A DNA stretch of 64,000 bases. Origin: Malacoraja senta (lineage: Eukaryota). The notes under the pieces are model-generated. The model searched no databases. It was given only the letters and a program-made list of their open reading frames with translations, and was not told the origin of the DNA. Location: the NCBI GenBank assembly GCA_038087875.1, contig CM075989.1:9426001-9490000 (forward strand), given 5' to 3'. Shown here one piece after another: positions 12,990-25,435 of the stretch. How positions within the stretch are numbered: position 1 is the stretch's first letter; every line of letters begins with the position of its first letter. The translations under genes were made by a program, and so were the position numbers.

Positions 12990-13885
12990 ATTCGCTGGTA
13001 TTATATAAATGACTTGGATATAAATGTAAATGAACTGCTGAGTAAATTTGCTGACCACGTCAAAATTGGAGGAGTTGCAGACAGTGAGGAAGTCTGTCAG
13101 AAGATAGAGTGATATAGATCAGCTGCAGAAGTGGACAGAGAAGCGGTAAATGGAGTTTAACCCAAACAAGGGCAAGGTGGCGCGCTTTGAGGTTGAATGT
13201 AAGGGGAAATTACACAGTCAATGGCAAGATGCTTAACACCCTTGATGTGCAGAGGGATCTTGGAGTTCCAAGTTCATAACTCACAGCACAAGGAGATAGG
13301 GTGATATAGAAGGCAATTGGTATGTTTGCCTTCATTGCTAGGGGGATTGAATATAAGAGTAAGGAAGTTATGATGCAGTCTATAGGACTTTGGTTTGGCT
13401 GCATTTGGAGTATTGCATACAGTTCTGGTATCCCATTGGATGTGGAGATTTGGTGAGGCTGCAGAGGTGCTTTACCAGAATGCTGCCTGGATTAGATGGT
13501 TTCATCTGCAGTTTTGGATTGTTTTCTCTGGAGATTGAGGGTAGACGATGGAAGTATATAAAATTATGAGGCCAGAACCCTTTCCCCCATGATGGAAATG
13601 TCCAACACTGGAGGTTGTAGCTATCAGGTGAGAGGGGGAAAGTTTAATGGAGATGTGCAGAGCAGGGTTGTTTTTTTACATCGTGGGGCCTGGAACACAT
13701 TGCCTGGGGTGGTTGTGGAGGCAGATATGAGAGTGGCGTTTGAGAAGCTTTTCGCTAGGCACATGGAAGTGCAGTGAATAGTGGGATTTGGATCGTGTAC
13801 AGGCAGATGAGATCAGTTTAACATGGAATCATATTCGCAACAAACATTGTGGGCTAAAGGGCCCGTTCCTGTACTGTTTAGTGTT
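12990..13885 (+). mobile_element. CR1 LINE RT and 3' end, degenerate
   Basis: taaatgacttggat...aaatttgctgac...tggagtattgcatacagttctgg...ggaacacattgcc...gggcccgttcctgtactgt. Confidence 0.85.
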
Positions 13886-13965
13886 TGTTCTTTAACCTAT
13901 TTCATCAGTGTTGTTTCTGGTCTTTTGTATAAATTGACCCTGATTTTCGGCTTTCTTTCATGTAG

Positions 13966-14105
13966 GGTTTTAAATCTGCACCATCAGACATCACCAGTCA
14001 CGAGAACTCCCAGCATACCTACTCTGGACACAAACTTTATTTCTGCTCCTTTTCAAGACTACCGTCATTCTTACCATTTACCAACGCTGCCGTATGAATT
14101 GCAAG
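13966..14105 (+). CDS. PIAS1: PIAS1 internal coding exon (Ser/Thr/Pro-rich C-terminal region)
   Basis: tcatgtag|G GTT...CAA G|gtaag; 140 nt. VLNLHHQTSPVTRTPSIPTLDTNFISAPFQDYRHSYHLPTLPYELQ; phases fit both neighbours. Confidence 0.93.
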
Positions 14106-14561
14106 GTAAGCTGCTTGTAGCAAGGTGTGATTGTTGTTGAACAAATTAACACCATTTAATGAAAAATCAATAATGGAATGAATGTCTGCTCAGAACGTGC
14201 TCCATTTTATTGACGTCTCTGTGCAACTTAAATTTTTATTTTCATTGAAGCCAACAAAGGAACAAAATCATTTTTGTTTGAATGTTGGTGTGATTCTTTG
14301 AAATATTTTGTTTGAAGTCATAAAATGTCGGTTATCATTTCTCCCTCCCCTAAAGCCATTAACAATTTAGCTCACTTAAGTAGTTCTCAGTGGCTGCCTT
14401 ACCTTACTCTCAGTGCATCATTAGGTGTTGGCAAACTATTTGACTTCTTCATAAGCTTGGCACAATGATTAGTCATATGGACATTCATCTATGACTATGG
14501 CCTGCACCCCAAAAATGACCCAATCCCTTTCCCATATGCTGTATTGTTAACCAACACCATA

Positions 14562-14850
14562 TTTAGTTTAGTTTAGAGTTACAGCACGGAAACAGGCCCT
14601 TCGACCCACCAAGTCCGCACCAACCAGTGATCCCCGGACACCAACGCCATCCTACAATTTTACAATTATATCAAGCCAATTAACCTCAAACCTGTACGTC
14701 TTTGGAGTGTGGGAGGAAACCGGAGCTTCCCGGAGAAAACCCACGCAGGTCATGGGGAGAAGGTACAAACTCTACAGATAAGCAACCATAGTCAGGATCA
14801 AACCCGGGTCTCTGGCGCTGTAAGTTAGCAACTCTACCGCTGTGCTGCCC
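14562..14850 (-). mobile_element. tRNA-derived V-SINE (HE1-like)
   Basis: V-domain GGTTTCCTCCCACACTCCAAAGAC on minus, CR1-like 3' tail, (TAAAC)n. Confidence 0.9.
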
Positions 14851-14884
14851 ATGCCAACAATATATTGTGTATAGTATTACTGAT

Positions 14885-15905
14885 ACATAGAACAGTACAG
14901 CACAAGAGCAGGCCGTTCGACCCAGTAATGTCTGCTGAACATGATGCATCTCTTATCTACCTACACATAACCCATATCCCTCTATTCCCTGCATATCCAT
15001 CGTCCTATCCAAAAGTCTTTTAAATGCCCAAACAACATATCTGCCTCAACCACACTCCTAGCAGCGTAACCAGGTACTCGACACCCTCTGTAAAAAAAAC
15101 TTGCCTCACACATCATCTTTAAACCTAGCTCCTCTCACCTTAAAGCTATGCCCAGGAGCGGAAAAGACTACAAAAAGTAGTAAACAATGCCCAGTCCATC
15201 ATCGGCTCTGACCTCCCTACCATCGAGGGGATCTATCGCAGTCGCTGCCTCAAAGGCTAGCAGCATCATCAAGGACCCACACCATCCTGGCCACACACTC
15301 ATCTCCCCGCTACCTTCAGGTAGAAGGTACAGGAGCCTGAAGACTGCAACGTCCAGGTTCAGGAATAGCTACTTCCCCACAGCTATCAGGCTATTAAACT
15401 CAACTCAAACAAAACTCTGAACATTAATAGACCATTATCTGTTTATTTGCACTTTATCTGTTTATTTATTCATGTGTGTATATATTTATATAATGGTATA
15501 TGGACACACTGATCTGTTCTGTATTCATGCCTACTATATTCTGTTGTGCTGAAGCAAAGCAAGAATTTCATTGTCCTATCTGGGACACATGACAATAAAC
15601 TCTCTTGAATCTTGAATCGTGCCCTCCAGTATATATTTTTTCCATCCTGGGAAAAAGGTTCTAATTGTCTACCCTATCTATGCCTCGCATAAAGGTATAT
15701 ACCTCTATCAGGTCTCCCTGCAAACTGGCATACCAGAGAAAACAGTCCACATCTATGCAACCTCTCCCTGTAGTTAATACCCCATAATCCAGATATCATT
15801 ATGGTAAATATCCAAAGACTTTGCATCCTTCCTGTAATGGAGTGACCAGAACCTCACGCAATACTCCAAATGTGGCCTAGCCAAAGTCCTATCAATCTGC
15901 ATCAA
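14885..15905 (-). mobile_element. CR1 LINE 3' fragment interrupted by a Rex1/Babar fragment
   Basis: Reverse-complement CR1 motifs flank 15156-15618 on both sides. Confidence 0.8.
15156..15618 (+). mobile_element. Rex1/Babar-type LINE 3' end
   Basis: SIIKDPHHPGHTLISPLPSGRRYRSLKTATSRFRNSYFPTAIRLLN; AATAAA and (CTTGAAT)n tail. Confidence 0.85.
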
Positions 15906-16401
15906 GTTACATAAATGCTAAACCTTGTAATTTTCAAACTACTTAGTAAATAACTTTTTTTTATTTTCCAATATGGTTTTTGTTCTGTCACTTCAATTGA
16001 AATTGTTAACCTGCTCCAAAATTGCGTTGCCAAAAACCATCTCGTAATCTCCGATCACTAACCAGTCTGAAGGGTCTCGACCCGAAACATCACCTATTCC
16101 TTCTCTCCAGAGGTGCTGCCTGTCCCACTGAGTTACTCCTGCTTTTTGTGTCTATCTTTGGTTTAAACCAGCATCTGTAGTTCCTTCCTACTCATAATCC
16201 CAGTAACAAGAGCACAGTAAACATGTGGCTGTGTTTTGTGGGTTGCTCTCTAGCAATTGGACCTGAACAGCGTAGTTACTTGATCATATTCCCTGATTAA
16301 TGGTGATGGCGTTTGAATACCAATGAAACCTGGTGTCCACGTTTATTCGAGTTTGTGCACATTTAACTTGTTTTTTCTAATATTTTACTTTCTTTGAACA
16401 G

Positions 16402-16439
16402 GTTTAGATCTATTTCCCTTCCTGCAAGGGGACAATCAG
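16402..16439 (+). CDS. PIAS1: PIAS1 38-nt coding exon
   Basis: ttgaacag|GT TTA GAT CTA TTT CCC TTC CTG CAA GGG GAC AAT CAG|gtatgt = (G)LDLFPFLQGDNQ; phase-compatible on both sides. Confidence 0.92.
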
Positions 16440-16927
16440 GTATGTAACATGCCAATAAGCACTTTTGCCATTGAAACCTTATTTTAATCATAAATGTATC
16501 AATGATTTCTAAGAGGCTTCAGCAGATTTTGATTTGTTTAAGTTTATCGTAGACATTTTATTAATGAGATATTTTATAAGGACATCTCAGTATAAATCTA
16601 GGCACTTCCATATGCAGCCCAACATTTCAAAACAATAATATTGCACTATGTTTGAAGTAAGTAGAAACAAAAGTTGATTAGGAGACCTGACTAACCTGGA
16701 GAACATGGGTAGGTGGCGTTTCGGGTCGGGAGACTGATGAAGGGTCTTGGCCTGAAATGTCACCTATCCATGTTCTACAGATGCTGCCTGACCTGCTGAG
16801 TTACTCATGCATTTTGTGTCTCTTTTTGAGAAGGTGTTGGGCTGGCAACTCTTCTGGGGGAGGTTCTCCCCTAATGCTGTTAGAGAGGGAGTTGATTATG
16901 TAGACCCTCTGGTAGAGGATGAAAAAT

Positions 16928-17178
16928 TAGTTTAGTTTAGAGATACAGCGTGGAAACGGGCCATTCTGTCCACCGAGTGACCGGTGATTACTCGTTCTAT
17001 CCGACACAAAAGGGACAATTCACAGAAACCAATTAACTTACAAACGTCCGCGTCTTTGGAGTGTGGGAGGAAACCAGACCCACGGGGAGAACCTACAAAC
17101 TTTGTACAGACCATTGTCAGGATCGAATCTGGGTCTCTGGCGCTGTTAGGCTGCAACTCCATTGCTGCGCCACCGTGC
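16928..17178 (-). mobile_element. V-SINE (HE1-like)
   Basis: Same consensus as other copies. Confidence 0.85.
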
Positions 17179-17489
17179 TGGGGCTTGGGAATTACTTTTG
17201 GCATATGGTTGTTGAGTGATGGGAATGCATTTTGTAGATTGTACCACATATGGATGGTAGAAAGACCTTGAAGTGTCAGGAATCTGTGGCTACAACCTGC
17301 ACTTGGCCACAGTATGAAGCTATCGAACCCTAGGTTATAGGTAATGATAATGTCGTTGAACATTGAGGTTAGATGACAGTCCTTGGAGATGGTTATTTCT
17401 GGCTCTTACGTCACAGTTATTATTTGCCTCTTCTCAGAGCATGCCTACATGTTGCCTGGGGTCATGCGTGCAGGCATGGATGTTTTATT

Positions 17490-17835
17490 TTAGTTTAGTT
17501 CATTGTCACGTCTACTGAGGTATAGTGAAAAACTTTTTTGTTGTGTGTTATCCAGTCAGTGCAAAGACTATACATGGTTACAATCAAGATGTCCACAGTG
17601 TACTGCCACAGGATAAAGATAATCACGTTTAGTGCAAGATAAAGTCCAATTAAAGATAGTCCGATGGTCTCCAATGAGGTAGATGGTAGGTCAGGACCGC
17701 TGTCTTGTTGTTTATGGGATGGTTCAGTTGCCTGATCACAGCTGGGACAAACTGTCCCTGCATCTGGAGGTGTGTGTTTTCACACTTCTGTACCTCTTGC
17801 ATGATGGGGGAGGGGAGAAGAGGGAATGACCGGGG
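17490..17835 (-). mobile_element. Rex1/Babar-type 3' fragment
   Basis: ...FVPAVIRQLN motif and gtgacaatgaactaaac tail on minus. Confidence 0.7.
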
Positions 17836-18673
17836 CTTCATTGCTGAGGATTTGTGTATAGAATCTAACGTGGTCTCATGACCAATTGTGAATTGATGTA
17901 TAGAGGGTTTATTGATTAGGGGCTGATGATGGTCAGCCCTGTGAGGCATCTCTGAGAAACTCCTTCAGCAGTCTCCAGGGCTGTAATGGTTGGTCTCCAG
18001 TGACCATAACCATCTTCCTTTTCTTTCACTGATCAGATCCCCTTCAAAATCTCTCTGTGGGTCACTCAGGTGAGTGACCACTGTCCTAAATCTGGCTGGC
18101 ATGGACACTCAATTGAAACGGGATCTCCCTTGGTATCTGTGGCTCAGTACATAGTGTACTGAAAGAACCCGTTATAGACTAGTGCATGGAGCTAGGGTGG
18201 TGCACCACCCTAAGGCAAACCAATGCTGATTCACAGTAATGGTGTCCAAATATTGAATTCCGGGTTCAGCCTACATCACTAAAAACCACCTCCAGCGATA
18301 TTAAGAAAATGATGATAGCCGACATCACTTATCCTGAGAGGTCAATGAGGTTTGAAGAACACTTGTAAATCCACAGTGAAATATTCGTAAACAGTTGCAG
18401 AGCAAAATTGAAAGCCAATCTGCAACAGATGCGAGTTTCGTTTTAAGTTAAATAACTGGTTCATTAATCTTTTGGATGCGTTAAAGATATTTAATCAGCT
18501 TCATTTAACAAAGCTGCCTTTTTATGCAGATGTCAAAATTATGTCAATATTTTGAATAGTTTTGCATGTTAATTAATTTGGGCGAGTCAGATGACCGAGT
18601 AAATTAATCAACCGATTGTCTGACTTTAAATTGACGTTAATGTTCCACCCTTGTGTTCTTGCCTCCGCTGCAG

Positions 18674-18979
18674 CATTACAGCACCTCTCTCCTTGCCGCT
18701 GCAGCCGCAGCAGCGAGCGCTTCAGAGGATCAGGACCTCATTCACTCCTCGCTCAATCGATTCTTTCCGTACAGCTCTTCGCAAATGTTCCTGGAACAAC
18801 CAAACTCGGCGCCTGCCAACACGCTGGCGGTGACCAACGGCAGCAGCAGCGGGAGCAACAGCAGCCTCGTCTCCTCCAGCAGCTTGCAGGAAAATCTCGG
18901 ACATCCCGGGGCGACCCGGAGCAGTGTGGAAAATGGCACCATTTTTGGCACTATACCAGATGTTATTTCATTGGACTGA
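18674..18979 (+). CDS. PIAS1: PIAS1 terminal coding exon
   Basis: ccgctgcag|CAT TAC; HYSTSLLAAAAAAASASEDQDLIHSS...FFPYSSSQMFLEQ...GSSSGSNSSLVSS...IFGTIPDVISLD*; ends in the PIAS C-terminal SIM-like VISLD. Confidence 0.96.
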   Translation, partial: HYSTSLLAAAAAAASASEDQDLIHSSLNRFFPYSSSQMFLEQPNSAPANTLAVTNGSSSGSNSSLVSSSSLQENLGHPGATRSSVENGTIFGTIPDVISLD

Positions 18980-21830
18980 CATTTGAAATAATGGCTAACT
19001 TTTTTTGTGGTGGGTCTGGGAGGGGAAATAAAGAAGGAAAAAGTCTGGTTTGTTTCACCTTTTAAAATAAATTTAGAAGTGTAGAGACCCTTTTTTAAAT
19101 AAACAAAAAAAAAATTTTAAAAAAAGACACCATGTACAGAGAACAAAATACTATATTTTCAGTTAACTTTTGTATATAAATTCAAGACTGTCTGTCTTTT
19201 AAGGTTATTTCAGTTTACTTTGTGAAAGCAGAGTTTTTACGATGTATTTGTCTGTTTCGTGATATTCCTTTTTGTATTGTTCGATGGCATTACTTCCACA
19301 GATGACATTATTTGACTTAGACATTTTTCATTGTACTTCACTGTAGAATATTCCTTTTGGAAAGAACTGAAATGTCAATGATTGACAACGATATTTTCCT
19401 TTTTTGTGCAAATAATTTTATTATTCTTTTAAGTTATGTAAAGTATCTTGACTGTTCCTCATATCATTCCCTCTGCATTTGCAGGAAGTAGCTTTGGGGA
19501 ATGCTCAGTACCGTACAGTTTTTCACCTTTGGGGAGGGTGGCGGTGAAGTTTGTGGACGACCCCTTCACAAATTCCACATCTTCCGTTTTATAAAGTAGC
19601 ATTTTTCATGCATTAAGGAATTGTAATAAGGGAGAAAATGTATCCTTTTGTTGAACCTCTTATTTTTCTGTTTCCCTGAAAAGCTCTAACTGTAGAATGC
19701 ATCCAGTTTGCATACCTGTTATTTTTCTCTTTTAAAAAAAAAAAACTCATTTCATACACGTGCACTGTTTGCTCACTGGGCATTGTCATATTACAGCCAG
19801 CTTGCTAAGAACATGCCAGATTGGGTGTGGAATTTATCCCTGTATTTCAAGTGCCCTGTTTGGCAAAGCACCAGTTTCCACTGCATGCTCCCAGTTGAAA
19901 CGGGGATGAAACAGTTGAAATTTGGGTACTTTTGGTGTACTGATACATCGCCCCAACTAACCACACTGCCACTCATGTGACCCTCAGTTTTGTTTTCATT
20001 CACGTTTCTTTAGTCTGTTGCTTGGTCAGTGCATTATGATCTTTGCCAAGCGTGGAAGCAACCAACCAAATTGGGTTCCCCCCCCCCCCCCTCAATGAAT
20101 GGTCCACATTCTCTGTTTGGAGTGTGACTCTCTAAGATCCTTGAATCAAACAGAAGTCTCAAACAAATAGTTGGTGTGTGCACAGTTTAGTGTACTAAAG
20201 AAAGTAAATATTTTTCACAGCCTTCACCTGTTTTGCTGTTATATGTTGGTCCACAAGTTCAATTCCAAGTGCACTGGGAGGTTTTATGCAGTTGTTCCAC
20301 TAGTTTGAAAGTAATGTTTGCAAGATGGTGAAAACTACCCAGTGCTAATTTGACCCATGAACTTCGAAAATATCACATTCTGAATTTCCTGTCTGCCCTA
20401 TCAACTGATCTCAACCTGGCGTTGTGGGCAGTTATAATTGGACAGAGCATCTCATGAAGTCTTCTTCTTTCGTGTTCATCTTCCATGTTTCAAACGTTGA
20501 CATCGCTGTCATCGTCCGGCCTGAAAAGGACACAAGCTTCCGGCGACAATCAGTGGAAGCCATCACTTGTTGCAATAGATGATGGTGGTAGCAGAATTAG
20601 CTCAGGATACTTCCAGTTTTCAGCCCCGCGACATGGATGCTTCTGCTATGGGTCCATTTCATGATGTGAACGGGACACTATTGTTGGTGTTGCTCGTCCT
20701 GATAAAAGTCCATTGACCTGTATGTGAAGTGGACAAGTCAGGATTACGTTCATTTACAACATCTTACTTCCGCTCACCCCCTATATCCAACAACCTGTAG
20801 CCTATTCAAAAGATCTAGGAAAGACTGGTGGCCACTGGAAGGTGATGAGCTTTGTGCAATCATATAACAGCAAGTGGGAGAGCAAGGATGGTATAGAACA
20901 AGCTATAACCAAAAGGAGCAAATGTTGGGTAATGAAAGAGTTCTAGAAAACTTTGCAGAGAACAGCAGCAATTGGCCTATCTCAGCTGGTTTTTTGCAAA
21001 ATCTTTAGATTATAAAATTGCAAATCTTCAGGTTTTCAGCATCTGCTCCCTTGTCCTCTGACTACTTGTTTTACAACTCATTGAAAATTATAGTTGGGGG
21101 GGGGGGGGAGGAGGAGGAATTAACTGGTTTATTGAAAGTAGGTCACTAAATGGCATGGGGCTCACAGGCTGTTTAGCCGCTGGGAAGATGTTTCATGCTT
21201 TCATCGGGATTTTGTCTGCCGTATTTTCCATGTTTTGTGAACTCTGTTTTCAAATAGGGTTGAATTGAGCATTCATTGGAAATCAATACTTGGATTTGAG
21301 TGGTGCTCGTGTCAATGGCAGAGGTATCTATGTCTGAACACAGCTGGATCTTTCAGACTATTGGTTGCATTTTGACAAGTGAAGAGAATTTTAAAGAGTA
21401 AGCCAACTTGTACACATTGCTCACCTACTGTTTGGTATAGTAGGTTGTTCTAGAATTTGCAGTATTGAGAGTCTATTTCATTTGCACAAAGTGTCATTGT
21501 AAACCAGATTCTCCAAGCATGGAAACTCCCCTCTTCTGCAAATTTGTAAATTCTGTTCATCACTTCTTTGAGGGTGTCAAAGATAATTCTGATACTTTTA
21601 CTGCCTTAAATCTTTCAGAGTGCTGGCTTCTGCGACCGCATGCCAAACCAGAGAAATGGCTTTTAAAAAAAATAATTGAGTATAGTAGACCAGTGTCAGT
21701 TTGTATAAAGTACCACGTGAAAATATTTATTTCATGCATTGGAAAAGAATTGTTTACTTAATGAATGTTACCTGTTAATGTAGAGATCTTTTAGATGTAA
21801 TAAAGCAGCAGAAAGTTCCCAGTAGTGGAG
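18980..21830 (+). other. PIAS1: Putative PIAS1 3'UTR (3' end uncertain)
   Basis: Follows the stop codon. AU-rich and free of the SINE/LINE relics common elsewhere. Pumilio-type TGTATATA at 19171-19178; AATAAA at 21799-21804 (earlier AATAAA hexamers also exist near 19030-19100). Confidence 0.55.
20460..20662 (+). repeat. Unidentified ~200-bp structured element, copy 1 (in putative PIAS1 3'UTR)
   Basis: Manual alignment to the reverse complement of 50619-50820: 11 substitutions and no indels over the ~176-nt core. Confidence 0.9.
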
Positions 21831-24800
21831 TTGGCTCGTTTCCTTTCCAACCTCCTTGTTTTGCTCTTATTTTCAAGCTCCATCAAAAACATCTTGAACC
21901 AGTTAATGATTCCTGGAATCTTATGCCGAGCAAGAAGACCACTAGGAGAAAAGAGGTGATTTAAGGTTATCTTATCCTTTGCTATCTGGCCTTAAGGATT
22001 TAAGAACAAACCTAGTGATGTCACTTGTAGTGTTGATAGGCCCCAGCTAACACGCTTTGCAGAAACTGGAAAGGAAGTTGACTCATCTTGGCTTGATACC
22101 AGTGAGGTTTATTAACATGTGGTTTTCTTTGCATGAAGTGAGCCGAAACACTCATGTTTTGGATTTCTGATTGGCCTTAAATGAAGCTGTAAAATGGAAA
22201 GCATCAACAATTAGTAGAATTATCTGTGTGGCTTAGTCACTGGGGAAATGCATTGACGTGATTCCTTGTGCCTTCTGTTGCTATCGTGCACAATTATAGT
22301 TATATCCAGCCTTGTTGTACTGTTCATGTATTGTTTCTCCAATCATATGATGCATATTTTACTTGACTAGATTTCATTTTAAATCATACTAAGCTTCCCA
22401 CTTTATTCGAGTTGGAAAGCCTGGTTATTTCTTCAGTGTGATCAAGGTTTTGATCAGGGTATTAAGGTGTAATCCTTGTGCACTAATCTTCAAGACTTGG
22501 AAATTGCCTCTTTTATTGATGACGGATTGATGAAATGAGAGGCATCCAAGAGGCACATAGATATGCAAGCAATGGAGGGATATGGATTACATGCAAGCAG
22601 AGGAGATTGGTTGAACGTGGCAGCATGTTCACACAAACATTGTGGGCTGAAGAGCCTGTTGTGCTGATCGATGTTCTATGAGTCTTTGTCAATCGCACCT
22701 TGTAATTAAGTAAACCAAAGGAAGTGTAAGTTCATGGACTCAAGGAAGAGAAAGATTGGTCTTCTAACCTTTACTGGGTTGTGTGGTTTGCTTTAAATTT
22801 GTTTTGCCTGGTATGGGATTAGAGGAATCTCCAACCAATTCAATAATTTGTTTAAAGTTGTGATAATACTTTGAGGAATTGGTCATCCCAAGATACCATG
22901 GTGTCTAGGGCGTAGAGGAATTGTTCGACAGAGCCAGGCCTTTCAGAGATAGCTGGGGAAAACACTTGCTCACAGTGGGAGGAATTTGGACACAGTTTCA
23001 CAAATGTTTTCTTGCTGGATCAGTTGTTAATTTGACGTGCAATTGATTTTTGGGTGGGGAAGGGGGTTATTGAGGGGTTTGACACAAAGGGTCGATAGCC
23101 TTACAGGTAAAAGCAGCTAAAAGCATGTTCTTGAACGTGGTTTGTAATGTTTTGACTGCAGTTAGACTTGCATGCAAATGTGATGCACACTCAGAGGCAA
23201 GAGTTCCAAGCCATTATTGAATAGAGTAAATGCTCACTGTTTTCCCCAGAGTTGATTCTAAAACAAGATGGCATTAGCTTAAGATGAGAACTTTACAAGG
23301 AGCCTCAGGCAACCTTTTCACTTGGAGGGTAGTCCATATCTGGAATGAGTTGCCAGATTCAATTACGATTTTTAAAAGATAACAAGGGTTTGGAGGGCTG
23401 TGGGCAAAATGCACACAAATGGGACTAGCCCAGTATGACAGCTTGGTTGACATGGACAAGGTGGACCTAAGGGCTTGGTTCTGTGCTGTATAGATATGTG
23501 ACTCTAAAATCTAACCTTCCAGGCTAGCTTGCCATTGTGAACTTTGCCAAAGCCTTTCTAAAGGCTATGTTGACTTGGTCTACCTTCTTGCCCATGTCAA
23601 TTGTGTTTGTCACCTGTTCAAAAATTCGAGGTAAGATTATCTCTTGCAGAAAATATTTGAATACTGGAAACTAGCAAGATAAACCTCAGATTCATCAACA
23701 ACCCAACGTCTACATGGCATGATCCCGTTTGCAGGAAATGGTTATCGGTCATAGTATTCTTCAGGAGGAATGTTGGTTGAAACAATATACAGCATAAAGC
23801 CTGGCAATTCAGCCCAATTGACCCAATACCGATGTTCATGCTTCATGTGAGCCTTCTGTCAACGTGTCAGTCTTCATGTCCTTCAAATTCCTGGCTCCCT
23901 GTGTTTATCCAGCTTTCTGGATATCATGGTCATCCTCCCAACCATTCCCATTACTTTCTGTCTGAGGGCGTTTCTCCTGAATTCCATGCTGCTGGATTTA
24001 ATTGTGATTGTTTAATTACATAATAGCAAGAGTTGCTTAAAAGTTCAGATGCGTGTTGTTCAACCTTTTAACTAAATTGCAGCTTTGCGTACAGTTTACC
24101 ATGATACCTTACCTAAAAGGTGGTGGCTTTGAGAATTCGGTACACTCTCAGTGGTGCCCAGGTGCTGCTGTCAGCCATGGTTTTGCACTAGCAATGCGGT
24201 TACTTTGAGATGGGATCAGGAGTAACTCTACATTCCAGGCAATGGTCTCATCGACCACCTCAAACCCCATTAAACCAACCGTGAGGGGCTGTCTCAAGAA
24301 GAAGTGATTGCCCAACCCTTTTGAGAACATATCTCTGTACGATCAGAAGAAAGGTCAAAGTGATCAGTCTGAGTTGCAACTGCTGTCGTTCAGCAAGGTT
24401 CCTGGCAGGAGGTGAGACTGGCATTAATAGCAAGGGAAGAGGAGCCTCTGATGGTTCTGTGCAACACAGCTGGTACATCTCACAGCAGTCTATTGCAGAG
24501 GCCCCAGCGCTGTGTGCATGCAAACATTCAGTGCTTAAAATAGCTGACTCTTGCCTTCTGGTCCCTCGTCTATTTTTAGAGCAGGAGAAAGAACATCTCA
24601 TCCTTTGCTCCACCCAATGGCCTGCTTCTTATGCAGGATGTTGGGACAAAGACAGGACTGCCACCTTTTGCCATCTCACGGAAGCACATAGAATAGGAGT
24701 GGTCAAATTCTCCAGTCTTTTGCTGATGATTTTTTGATTTAATTCGCATTGGGGTGAATTAATTTTGGCTCACAACTGGGAAAACGTGAAAGCAAGTTAG

Positions 24801-25089
24801 TTTTTAATTGCAGTGGGTGGAAGCAACTGAGTAGGACAAAGTGGATCTCTGATAGGGAGAGGCCAAGATTGCCATGGTGATAAGCTGTCGATGACATTAA
24901 ACTGAAGAAGTTAGCTGGTTTCTCAACCTGATAACGTCATCAATAGTTCATCACCACAGCAACCTTGTCCTACCTCCATCGGGGATGCCCTTTATCCTAT
25001 TCAACCTCCCTCGCCCGCTGTCATTGAAAGCTAACTTGTTTTCTCTCCCAGTTCTGGCCAAGGACCTGCAGCCTGAAACATTCCCACAT

Positions 25090-25435
25090 GTGTACAAAAC
25101 AACGAGAGAGGAATCGATCGGGTGGACGCACAGAATCTCTTGCCCCCAGTCGTGGAATCGAGAACCAGAGGGCATAGGTTTAAGGTGAAGGGGGAAAGAT
25201 TTTATAGGAATCTGAGGGGTAACCTTTTCCACACAAAGGGTAGTGGACGTGTGGAACGAGCTGCCGGAGGAGGTAGTTGAGGCTGGTGCTGTCGCAAGGC
25301 TTCAGAAGCTATTAGACAGGTACATGGTTTGGGGGGGATATGGGCCAAAAGCAGGCATGTGGGACTAGTGTAGATGGGACATGTTGGTCGGTGTTGGCAA
25401 GTTGAGCCGAAAGGCCTGTTTGCACAGTATGACTA
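25090..25435 (+). mobile_element. CR1 LINE 3' end
   Basis: agagggcataggtttaaggtg...ggaacgagctgccggaggagg...gccgaaaggcctgttt. Confidence 0.85.

Noticed and set aside
20518..20535. CTGAAAAG in the duplicated element as a hammerhead core
   Set aside because: Does not fit CUGANGA...GAAA; better explained as a GAAA-tetraloop hairpin.
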